Positions 14,159-25,839 of a stretch of DNA of 64,000 bases are shown here, piece by piece. The notes below the pieces were generated by a model. It was not told the DNA's origin, searched no databases, and saw only the letters and a list, made by a program, of their open reading frames with translations. The stretch is taken from assembly GCA_032718475.1 (NCBI GenBank), contig JAUCBJ010001570.1, positions 62,001 to 126,000 of the forward strand, in the 5' to 3' direction. The translations under genes and the position numbers were made by a program. Source of the stretch: Nemertoderma westbladi (Eukaryota; Animalia; Xenacoelomorpha). Numbering within the stretch: position 1 is the first letter of the stretch; every line of letters starts with the position of its first letter.

Positions 14159-14489
14159 GAAATCAAATAGATATTATATATATATATCAAAAATATATTT
14201 ATAATGAACAATCTATTTGGAAATTGTAAGTTTAGCCTTTTTTACCATAAGCTCAGTATCTTTATCTGGTGTGTTTTTATATTGTTTTACCAATTATTTA
14301 ATAATATGTTTGATAGAATTGAACAACATTTGCTTAAATAATCATATGACACTAGCTGTAGCTGAGCCCAGTCAGCCAGTTGTTAATAATATAAAAATAT
14401 CGGCTGTAAATACAGATTTACACAAGATGACAAGGGCGTTACATCCTGTTGTATAAGAAATATAAAAATGTAATACAAAATACAAGACT

Positions 14490-15330
14490 ATTGGCTAATC
14501 GGGAGGAATAACTAAACCTCCCCGAATGTAGTCCTCCAATAAATACCATGATTATTATTCATAAAATAAGTATCATCATGGTCTCTTCGAATACTACCTG
14601 GTATTTTATGTCCAATATAAAGCGCTACATTACTTCATCAATGTCGACTTCCTCAAATTCCGAGTATAAATAAATAACAATAACAAAAAAACATAATTAT
14701 AAACAGATCGGAGCTATGCAGCTATCGGTATCTCCGCCCAACACAACCAACTCTCTATCCGCCTCGAGCATCGAGAATACGAGAAACTCGATCGAAATAC
14801 TTGCTTATCCCAGTATCCATCCGTAGTCGCCGGACCGCTGCGGTTTATTCCCGTAGAACAGTAAAATTCCCACAGCTTCCGACCCAATTCGACAACGAAT
14901 TCGCCTCACACTTTCGCGTCGCAGAGAACAGGAGAACGTAATTCGGGGGATACACGTCTGCCCAACATTCAACTATTTCCCCCAGGCGATCCCAGGATCC
15001 GGGCCGCCGCTAAACCCAGATCGCAATCCTCATCGATTCGTCCAGTCGTCGACTTAAGTCGGACTCTTCCCACCGCACTCCAAGGTGGGAGGCCGGAGTC
15101 AGGCATGAGGAACTTGGCAGTGGCCCGCAATACGATCCGACCGACCGCCGTATTCCCAGTGTAGTAAATAGAATCGTACTGACAAGCAAGCAATTCCGTA
15201 GTATTTATTCCTCCGTTAATCACATCTTGATGCAACTCGGCTGTTCGGGTCCAGATACATCGGACTGTCGGAAGCGTTCAGACAGCAATGGAGCCGGCAT
15301 TTGCAGATATTTCCGATGGTTTTATAATAC
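14490..15330 (-). pseudogene. Aldehyde dehydrogenase (ALDH3-like) pseudogene fragment
   Basis: Motifs in order across frameshifts: IIKPSEIS, YYTGNTAVGRIV, TLECGGKSP, IDEDCDL, WGK*LNVGQTC. Confidence 0.85.
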
Positions 15331-15642
15331 ATAAAGGCAGTAAGGCATAAGGGGATTCAATGTTAAAACAAATGGATTATTCCAAACCCCAATGCCTAAC
15401 AGTATATAGCTTAGGCTGTTAGTTAAGCACCGTTTAGGTACCATAATCAGCAGTCAGCCTACGATAATTTTGAAGGCTACGTCCTTGTCATGGCCTGTTG
15501 TTTAGATGGTCTTGGTTGTCCGTCAATTGGCATTGAATTGACGGACTTAAAAGATGGTACGGTACATAAACTGCAGTTGCAGTACTGTGGGTAGGCTATG
15601 TAATATGGGTAATTATTTCTACACTATGAAGCCTATACTGAC

Positions 15643-17498
15643 GGTTACATAGCGTTTCGGCAACAGTCGCGATTCGGCAAAAAAGTTGCGTTTCGGCAAA
15701 AAAGATGTGTTTCGGCAAAAAAAGTCGCGATTCGGCAAAAAGTCGCGATTCGGCAAAAAAAGTTGCGTTTCGGCAAAAAGTTGCGTTTCGGCAAAAAAAG
15801 TTGCGTTTCGGCAAAAAGTTGCGTTTCGGCAAAAGATATAGATAAATTCCAAGATGTTAGAACGGGGTTGAATTCAATTATTAAAATTGTACTGGTATTT
15901 CTCTATGTCAATTATGCAGTATTATTATTATTTAATTTATTTGTATGGAATTAATTTCGCACTACCAAATCGCCCAGACAGGGAGGGGGGGGGGGGGGGG
16001 GGACTTTTGTTGGAAAGTTATTTACTATATTAATTATATATTTAATATCTATTTGAATTATTGTGTATGTGTTACCTATTATATATGAAAGCCGAACAGC
16101 CGACCACAGGTGACTTATGGAGGATCGCTAGAAGTCGTCTAGTTTAAACATATGAAGTATTTAAGTTAGGCCAAGTTCCAACCACTCTTGGGTCATGTAT
16201 AAATGTGACTATTCGACCCAGTGAGTGAACTGAAGGTAAGTCGCAAGTGGTCGGCTGGTCGGCTTACATCATCATAGGTCGACTATGCAAGACTACATGA
16301 CTGCAATGCATGACTGGCAAGCTAAATGTATTAGCATGCCCAAACTGACAAGTTAAATATATTAGCGTGCCCAAATGGGCAAGTTATCTATTTAGCTTGC
16401 CCAAACTGGCAAGTTAAATATATTAGCTTCCCCAAACTGGCAAGTTAATGTATACATTTATTATAGGAAGGGATCTAGGGGTCTTAACCTCGAATGATAA
16501 GTTTATTTTACCGAAAATAACGTATCTTTTATTGGCGCAATTGTAGGACTAATCCCTCCATGTTATAAGTTGAAGATAAGTAATTTTCGGTAAAATAAAC
16601 TTATAATTCGAGGTTAAGACCCCTAGATCCCTTCCTATAATAAATGTATAATAACAAACACCTCGATAAATACAGCTTGCCAACACATTGTTACTATCAA
16701 TAATCAAGTTAATGTATGTTCGCTTGCTCAAATTAGCACGTACTGTAATGTATTTATTTGGTTTTGATTTATTATGTTCAATTGTGCTTTGCAGTTTAAT
16801 TTTAGTGCATTATTTAGGTTTTGAATTGAACTACCGTTAGGTGTTTTATGATTTATGTAACAATAAATGCAACAGGAAACTGCTATTTTACAAAATCTTT
16901 ACGTTTTAGGAAAGCGGCCTCTTTTACTTTCCTGCAATGGGCACAGGCGCGGTACTCTACTCCACCGTGTATTTTCTTAAGTCCCCATCTGTACACAATA
17001 TTTATATCACCATCTTTAATTGTACGAACCTGCCCAGAAAGCCTCTTACTTGGGACTTTCTGGGCCTCACCAAAATTCATGGTTAACACGACGACGTACA
17101 GAGTATCCTATACAACACTATTCCAGGGCAGGGAAGTTAAACTTTTATTAGCATTGCAACTAACGAACGAAAGTGCTATAGTGTTGTATATTTATAATGT
17201 CCTGCTTGTTTCACTTTTCACTTTTACTTGTATTGTTGATAGTATAGTGTATTCTCCTGCAATAAAGAAATACTTTTGCCGAAACGCAACCTTTTGCCGA
17301 AACGCAACTTTTTTGCCGAATCGCGACTGTTGCCGAAACGCAACTTTTTGCCGAAACGCAACTTTTTTGCCGAATCGCACCTTTTTGCCGAAACGCGACT
17401 TTTTTTTTGCGAAACGCATCTTTTTTGCGAAACGCAACTTTTTTTGCCGAAACGCGACTGTTGCCGAATCGCGACAGTTGCCGAAACGCGACGACACC
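15643..17498. mobile_element. MULE/foldback-like non-autonomous DNA transposon
   Basis: GG...CC termini, ~200 bp of inverted GCGTTTCGGCAAAAA subterminal repeats, TSD ATACTGAC at 15635-15642 and 17499-17506. Confidence 0.85.
16455..16646. mobile_element. TA-flanked hairpin MITE nested in the foldback element
   Basis: ~65-bp near-perfect inverted repeats CATTTATTATAGGAAGGGATCTAGGGGTCTTAACCTCGAAT, with TA on both sides. Confidence 0.75.
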
Positions 17499-17914
17499 AT
17501 ACTGACCTAGCTCCTTTCATAATACTATGATAATACTATATAATACTATACTATATAATATAATATATACTATAATACTATACTAATAATATGACATAGT
17601 CTGGTAGTGCAAAACTACACTGCTACAGTCAGACAGTCGCAGTTCAGCAGTTGTACACTGTATGGTACGTACATGTACAGTACATACACTGTCAGACTGT
17701 GTACAGTTGTAATGGAAAGATGACAATTTGAATCAACCGCCAAAAATATATTAATTCACTGCGTCTTTCTATCATTTGAATTTCCCGGGCTATGGAGCAG
17801 GGTGGCTGGTGGCACCTTTTAGGGACTTGTCAGTGTAGTGTACAGGTGTATGCTTTGCTTATGCTTACTAACACTACCGGTATCCTATCAGTATCTGGTA
17901 TCAGTCTGTTATTT

Positions 17915-18903
17915 GGGTAAATCTTTTCGACCTACGCGTAGTTTGTAACTTCCATTCCTGTCATTTACCGGTAGGGCCAGACTTACTGCCTTTTTAACAA
18001 CTACGCGTAGGTGTTTTAAAACTACGCGTAGTTATTTTGGAACTACGCGTAGGTATTTTGAAACTACGCGTAGGTGCTACGCGTAGCAGTCTTGATAACA
18101 ATGATTTTTCATTTCAGTTGAGTTTTTTTGTTCAGTTGAGTAGTAGATTTTCATTTTCGTTGAGTTGTTAGGCAAGTATCGGTATATGTCAGGTATGTGA
18201 TTATCAGACAAATGTAATAACAGAATCGGAAACTCATATCTCTACATACAGCACTGGTAATAAATTATATTCGGCTCTTTCACATACAAACACAGAGGAT
18301 GAATAAAAAGTAAACTTAAAATTCACGTCTCATGATTCAAGTATCTTTGTCTTTTAGTCTCCCCCTTCCCTTGTCAAGGGGTTAACATATTAAATACTGT
18401 ATATCCTTGCCCTATCGTGAACAAAGGCAATAAAAAGCATAGAGAATCGATAAGAACCATCGGCCTATTTCCTTTGTAAACTATTTTTGAACTCTAACCA
18501 TTAATTATTAACACATTTTACCGCCCGCAACGCATGAAGTGAAGAATATGTAGTCTTAGCGTATTCCTCTATATAGAGTATACAGGTATAGGATACATTA
18601 CTGTTGAAAGCATTTGATGGTTGTGGGTTGTTTATTGAACATACCGTATTGTGTCTTATTTTAGTGCTGAACCGCTTGGAATATGTATAAGCCTACTAAT
18701 GATAAACGACGTATAGGCATAGTTATGGGTAGCACCTATGCGTAGGTCGCGTAGGACCTACGCGTAGGTCGCGTAGGACCTACGCGTAGCTACGCGTAGC
18801 ACCTACGCGTAGTTATTGTTAAAACTCTGAAACTGGTGATATATGACCCAATGTTGCGAACTACGCGTGCGTAGGCCTACGCGTAGGTCGAAAAGATTTA
18901 CCC
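17915..18903. mobile_element. Non-autonomous TIR transposon (MULE- or hAT-like)
   Basis: Perfect TIR GGGTAAATCTTTTCGACCTACGCGTAG, TSD TGTTATTT at 17907-17914 and 18904-18911, many subterminal CTACGCGTAG palindromes. Confidence 0.9.
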
Positions 18904-19532
18904 TGTTATTTTTCAGTGGTTAGGCCCTACAGCCCTACCCTATCAGCCTATCACTGTATCAGTTCACAGTACGGTAGGCCTACTGGTTTTCACGCTGTCA
19001 CTTATTTTGTTATAGGTCTACTTTTCTGTCTGTCGTCTGCATAATTTGAATTCGCAATAATTTTTATTGTCCGTTTAAATCCTTTTTTTGTCCTTTTTTT
19101 TATTTTTTATGTCCTCCAAAAGTCTAATGTTAGGTTCCATGCTACCGGTTTCTCTACTGCTGTTCTCTCAGGCTAGTACCGGTATTATAGTATATATAGC
19201 ACTATTTTGCTGTATTGTATGTACAGATGTAGGTATAAAGCAGGTATTTCTGTATTTTAGTACCGGTACCGGCACCGGTACTGCTATAGGCCTACTGTGT
19301 AGCCTACCATTTAAATACGGTAATGGTAGGCCTACTGTGTAGCCTTACCATTTAAATACGGTAATGGTAGGCCTACCGGTTGTGCTAATAAATTTTAAAT
19401 AATTGATAGGCCAAACTGGATTGCAGGATTGTGGAAAATGTGGATATACCTTTCACATAATTTAGGCCTATTACTGTATTAGTTTTATAATCAATAATGG
19501 ATCATGACTACTGTCTGAGTAGTGTTACGGAT

Positions 19533-20400
19533 AACCTTGCTCCTTTCCCTGATTTGGTAAAGTGACTGTTTTGGTTTTGGTTTTGATTGCTTGATTGTTT
19601 TGGTTAGAAAATCCGGCCTTAACCTGCTCCTTTCCCTCAATTAGTTAAGTGATCGTTTATTGTTTTGGTTAGAAAATCCCGCCTCTGTAACCTACTCCTT
19701 TCCCTCAATTGGTAATGTTATCGTTTATTATTGTTTTGGTTAGAAAATCCCGCCTCTGTAACCTGCTCCTTTCTCTCAATTGGTAATGTTATCGTTTATT
19801 GTTTTGGTTAGAAAATCCCGTCTCTGTAACCTGCTCCTTTCCCTCAATTAGTTAAATGATCGTTTATTGTTTTGGTTAGAAAATCCCGTCTCTGTAACCT
19901 GCTCCTTTCCCTCAATTAGTTAAATGATCGTTTATTGTTTTGGTTAGAAAATCCCGCCTCTGTAACCTGCTCCTTTCCCTGAATTGGTAAAGTGACCGTT
20001 TATTGTTTTGGTTAGAAAGGCCCGCCTCTGTAACCTGCCCCTTTCCCTCAATTAGTTAAATGATCGTTTATTGTTTTGGTTAGAAAATTCCGCCTCTGTA
20101 ACCTGTCCCTTTCCCTCAATTAGTTAAATGATCGTTTATTGTTTTGGTTAGAAAATCCCGCCTCTGTAACCTGCTCCTTTCCCTCAATAAGTTAAGTGAT
20201 CGTTTATTGTTTTGGTTAGAAAATCCCGCCTCTGTAACCTGCTCCTTTCCCTCAATTAGTTAAGTGATCGTTTATTGTTTTGGTTAGAAAATCCCGTCTC
20301 TGTAACCTGCTCCTTTCCCTGATTTGGTAAAGTGACTGTTATTGTTTTGGTTAGAAAACTCGGCCTTAACCTGCTCCTTTCCATCAATTGGTAATTGTTT
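19533..20400. repeat. ~67-bp minisatellite, ~13 copies, related to the MITE family A interior
   Basis: Unit TTATTGTTTTGGTTAGAAAATCCCGCCTCTGTAACCTGCTCCTTTCCCTCAATTAGTTAAATGATCGT. Confidence 0.95.
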
Positions 20401-20925
20401 TTGGCTATAAAATGAGTGTTTTGCTACGTCATGTGGTAATCGATTATCGACAACAACCACAAACTATTAAATATAGAGTCTTTTTACCACAGGCGCATAT
20501 GGAAATCTATCTCATAGTCTATAAATCATGGAATCATGGAATGTTTTGGCACAGGCATAGTGAAATCAACTGTCTGACAGTCCAGAAATCAGCAGTCTGA
20601 CAGTTTGAAGAAATACATACATAAAAAGTCATTAAAAGGACAATAAAAGTCATTAAAAGGACAACAAAAGTCATTATGCACAATTCGTAAAAAAAAATGA
20701 CAAAAAAAGTCAAATAAAAGGACATAAAAAATCGCTGCCATTTGAATTTATGTGTGTTTACAGCACTGCAGCACTTGGTACTGTACAGCACTGCAGCACT
20801 GTAGTACAGCTGTACAGTGCAGTAGTAGCCTACCATGACCTACTAGGCCTATGCTATATCTATATATACTGAAATACTAATGTACTACACTGCTACAATC
20901 AGACAGTACTACAGCTGTATAATAT

Positions 20926-22599
20926 GGGTATATCTTTTGCGTAGAGGTATAGCCTACATAGAGGCTTCATGTAGGTATGTGTGTGTAGCCTACATGTAGG
21001 TGCACGTGTAGGGTGAATGTAGGTAGGTGTAGTCCCATAGATATTAATGTAATTTATGTGTCAACTTGCAGTAACGTGATACACGGTCGTCAATCAGGAT
21101 GTATGGCAATAATCTCTGATCTCCACGGTACAATACGGTACATCAAACTGCAGACCTGTCTGCTGTCAGACAACAGGTTTTACTGCATACTGCAGTACTG
21201 TATAAATATCAAACATCGCGTTCTGATTATACTAAAGTCCCTTACTCATCATAAATATTATGCCCTAATAAATTGGAGTATGCTAACGACACGAAAGGCA
21301 TCGTTCCATTAGATTAACTCGTTCTGATTTATATGTTTATTGAGTAAGAGTAACCTAAACAAGAACAGCCATCATCGCGGGGACTATAGTCAGATAGTCT
21401 ACCAGAAACCCTGACCCCCCTCTGCCCCTCTTTATCTGTTTATCAACCATACATCCATGGGACTTGAACAGTACTTCAGCATTGAAATGTTTTGGACGTT
21501 TTGTTTTGAAAGTAAAAATATAGAAGTCTGGAAGTTTTGTTTGTTTTAATTTTTCAGGCAGTCACATTCCACCAACCAGCAACAGTCCCATCCCTTCCCA
21601 CTATCCCGCGGACCACCACACTGTTTCATTATAAAGTATTCCCATCTCGATGATGGGAATTAATCAGTAATCCGATGGGATTCAAATCCCATCTCGAAGT
21701 AACAGCAAAACAATAACACGAAAGTCAATAGCTTTACACAGTTACAGTTATATTTGATTGCATTGAACGTTAATAGAAAGAAGAAGTTAAATTGCATATC
21801 CATTAAAATATCATGAAATTGATACGGCAGTTTAGTAGATTAAAACGGCCACAGCAAGATTTATAAAATGAAAAATAAGTAAAATCAGCACAGCACACAA
21901 TATTATCAATATAGACATTGAAGACAATTTAATAAACAAATACTATAAAAAAAATATCTACTAACAATCAATACATGATATATATAATATATATACATCA
22001 GCGACTACCATCGCCACTCTGGTTCAATCAGTCAGTCCGGTATCATTGTTAGCGTTTTGTTGAATTACCCACTCATCCTCAGACCCTCATGGACACCGAC
22101 GACGAGCTCTAACCCTAACTGTTAGTCGATTTCTCCTTGACTGGAAACATCAGGTTCGGGCCGTTCGGCCCATACAAAGTCATTAGCCTCCATGCCTGAA
22201 CCCGCAGGATCATAAAATCTACAGTATGTATCGGTATATCGTTCAGTCGTTTTTTTCCTTTGTCAGTACTGTAGTATTGATAGGCTCCGTCTCGTGGGTA
22301 TTCAGGGGACCCCCATTCGACGTATTCGCATCTCCTCCTGGTTGTTTCGGGTACCACCGCCCGCCATATGCGCATCTCTTCGTGGTTGTTCCGGGTACCA
22401 CCCCCGTTCGCCGCATTCGCATCTCATCGAGGAAGTTCGGGTCCGGGTACCCCGTGTAGTCCTATTCATTCATCATTGTTGTTTTTAAAGACCTACCTAC
22501 ACCTACCTACATTCACCCTACACGTGCATCTACATGTAGGCTACACATACCTACATGTAGCCTCTATGTAGGCTATACCTCTACGCAAAAGTTATATCC
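20926..22599. mobile_element. Mutator-like (MULE) non-autonomous element with GC-rich cargo
   Basis: ~105-bp TIRs (GGGTATATCTTTTGCGTAGAGG...) and a 9-bp TSD GTATAATAT at 20917-20925 and 22600-22608. Confidence 0.9.
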
Positions 22600-23219
22600 G
22601 TATAATATAGCTGTATATACAATACATGATATAGTACTGTATGTAGTAGGCCATGTATAGCTGTATAGCAGTATAGGCCTATACGGTTGACGGTAGTAGT
22701 ACCGTACCGTACCTATATCATATATTGTAGGCCATGGTCAGACTGTCAGATGGTAGTAACTTGTACCTGTCAGTCAGTAGGCCTACCTATGGAATTGGAA
22801 TTATTTATTTGACAAACGAAGTAAAGTATAGACATACCGACATATAAGTAGATATAAACACAACCATTAAGAAAATTATATACTGTATGGTAAGGCAGAG
22901 TGCAAATTACGTACATAAACTAAATTAGATACAATTATTTTCTTTCGGTTTGTAGTTCAAATTATATAATCACAATTATATAATTCTGTCAGGCTAAAAA
23001 CGTGTTTCGGTTAGGCAAGTGTATAAAAGTTTAAAAAAAAAGAGGTGATAAATTCAGAAATATACCGAAAAATTAAGAAGGTTAAGGTGAAGCACCATAT
23101 TTGGGAATGCAAAAATAATTAAAAATTATAATATATTTTATACAGTATAGAGCAGTAATTGCACGGCAGAGTAGAGTAAATAGTTCTGAATCGTCATAGT
23201 GTAAGCTTTGTTTGTCCAG

Positions 23220-24153
23220 GATTACCCTGAGAGACATAGTCTCATCCAGACAGATTACAGAACAAGGGCCAATGATGACGCTGCTAGAGACTCACTCCGG
23301 TACCGGTACTCCCTTAGATTCCGAGAACGAGGTGTGGACATCAACCGAGAGCGTAGTTCAGCCGATCGGTACCGGTAGCCTAACTGATTACGTTAACTGT
23401 GTCGACTTTATTATAAAAAACCCAATCCAATCTGCTGTTGGAAGTCTTGTTGCTGTGGGAACCGATGAAACATCTGCGTGGCGACCCGACTGTATATCGC
23501 GGTTGCTAGACACCGGGGTAGTAGCGGAGTCTGTTTGTCCCGCGTTAATATCCTCGGCCCTCCGACACAAAGACGTTTCTCTACTACAAAAGTGTCTGGA
23601 GAAACTCAGACTGATATCGGAGGCGTCTCTGGTTGCTATGCTACGGGCCATTATGACCTGGGATGACGATATCGTTGGTGTATTGGAGACTGAGGCGCCG
23701 CTCTGGTGGCGTCCGCAGTGTGGCGTGTCGTATCAGCGAGCCGCGCTGCTCCACTCTCTATTGGCGCTGCGGTTTAATCGTCAACCGATGCTGCGCCAGA
23801 TCCACCGGATTCCTTTCCCAATGGTCCTCGATATGATTCCCCTATTATTGGCTGCATTCACGTACTCCGACCAACCAATCACAGCTGAGTCCGAGCAACT
23901 AATCACAGCGGAGGCCGCACTCCATTGGCTGTCCCTCCTGGTAGACGGACACGCTACCCAATTCGGACTGACACCGGATGGGCGGGACGTTATCCGACTG
24001 CTTCTCCGGTTGCTAGGTGACAGGATCTCTGCTTACCAACATCTCACCTCATTGTCCTCGAAAGTTGCGGGATTAACAGACAAACTGAAGTCGGACAGAA
24101 TCTGCCAGGGGTCGGGCAACTTTGGTTACTGGGTAGAAGATATTACATTGTGA
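23220..24153 (+). CDS. NOL11: Nucleolar protein 11-like, terminal coding exon (C-terminal ~310 aa)
   Basis: Acceptor TTTGTTTGTCCAG|G. WRPDCISRLL..VCPALISSALRHKDVSLLQKCL, QRAALLHSLL, WLSLLVDGH and terminal YWVEDITL align with recalled NOL11 C-terminal motifs ([49 protein letters not shown]). Confidence 0.85.
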
Positions 24154-24563
24154 CGTAAGTCGGTTGTCCCAGAGTACAAAGCAATAGGTGTCATACAGCA
24201 GCGCGGAAGAGAGAATAAGAACTGGTAGTAATTAATTCCGTATGACCAGCGACAACGATAATGGAACAGTAAACAGTTAATAATAAGTGTCTATGACAAT
24301 AACTAACCGGTCCCACGTTGCTATTCCATTTAAATATTAGTTAGTACCGGTACCTAGAAAGTAGCTGGAAGTTCAAAGTTTTGTCTTGTTAAAAGAATTG
24401 GAATCCTTCTTCGTAATTTATCTTTTCTTGTTTAAGAATAGCTGCGGTGGCTTGGATACCGGAAGCGCGGTAGCTGACTTGGTAATATTGGTAGTTGCCG
24501 AAAGAACATTTTTCTTCGTTCGTTTATAATAATACTCTATTTAATTTACATAGTTTTGTGAAA

Positions 24564-24569
24564 AATAAA
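24564..24569 (+). terminator. Candidate poly(A) signal for NOL11
   Basis: AATAAA ~410 nt after the stop codon. Confidence 0.35.
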
Positions 24570-25015
24570 AATTTTCAAGGTTACGGCCAGTTGATATATA
24601 TATTATATTATATAATATATTAATATATATAATTTAATATAATAATATATAATATAATATATTATATTATATATACCGATCCGGTATATAATATATTGAC
24701 TGAAATTAATCTGAAACTGAAATTACATTATTATTGTTATAAAAACATATAAAGATAAATATTATGAAACAAAGGGATTAATATAAAACAGCAAATATAT
24801 CTGTAATTACGTCGCATACAGTTTTAGAATCATTTTCAAATATAGTTTGTGAGGAATTAAAGTTGCACCAGTTAATAATGAGAACGGACACCATCTGTAA
24901 GCTGACAGTCTCGTAACACATGTAGTTCAGTCTGCACATCGTTGCCACAAGCATACAGTCCGACAGTCGGTACTCGCGAATACATTATGCTAATTTATCG
25001 GCGCTCTAAATACTT

Positions 25016-25276
25016 CAGATAGGGGGGGGGGGGGGGGGGGGGGGACTGGACGCAATAAAAATTCATCCTTCTCCAGGGAAATTCGACGCAAATAATATCT
25101 GATTACTCCCAAAAATAAAACTGTAACCTGTTGTATTGTGTTTAGTTTATTGTTTTGGTTGTAACCTGCTCCTTTCCCTAAACCTAAATTGCGAAATTAA
25201 CATTGAGGCGGGATATTAATTCGCCAAGGCTGGTTTTGCGTCCAGTCCCCCCCCCCCCCCCCCCCCCCCCTGTCTC
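25016..25276. mobile_element. MITE family A, copy 2 (inverted relative to copy 1)
   Basis: Ends CAGATAG-G-run-ACTGGACGCAA and TTGCGTCCAGT-C-run-TGTCTC. 8-bp TSD AAATACTT at 25008-25015 and 25277-25284. Confidence 0.9.
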
Positions 25277-25839
25277 AAATACTTAGTAATTAAAGATTTT
25301 ATTAATTAATGTATCTGATATTTGTGGCCAGACCCGCATTCCGGGGATACTTGCACCGCTATCAGAGACTCGTGTTTCGCTTTTAGAAGTTTGTTACCAA
25401 AATTGGTTATTTTCAAGCGCCATATTAATATATCTTCCTGATAAGCTTCATAATCGTTTCTTTGCCGTACTGAATTGGTACTGAATTGAATATAATTCTC
25501 AAAAGTCAAAAGGAAGAAAATGTGCGAAAGTTTTATGGTGACAGGGTGATTTTTTTTACAGTGTACATTCTTTTTTAAGCATGTGGGGTGGGGGTACTCC
25601 CACCTAGCCACTTTTTTTGAAATTGAAATGACCATTACTTTGGGTTATAGTTTAATATAACAATTTTATCGCCGCCAGCCTATGTCTGGAAGGCCAAATA
25701 GTCTCAAAACGTAAATTTGAAAATTGTTGGCCTCCCCTAGCGGCTGGCAGTGGAATTGATAATTTGGCCTCCCCTAGCGGCTGGCAGTGGAATTGATAAT
25801 TTGGCCTCCACTAGCGGCTGGCAGTGGAATTGATAATTT

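Noticed and set aside
16848-17530. 220-aa and overlapping ORFs
   Set aside because: They run through transposon subterminal repeats and show no domain
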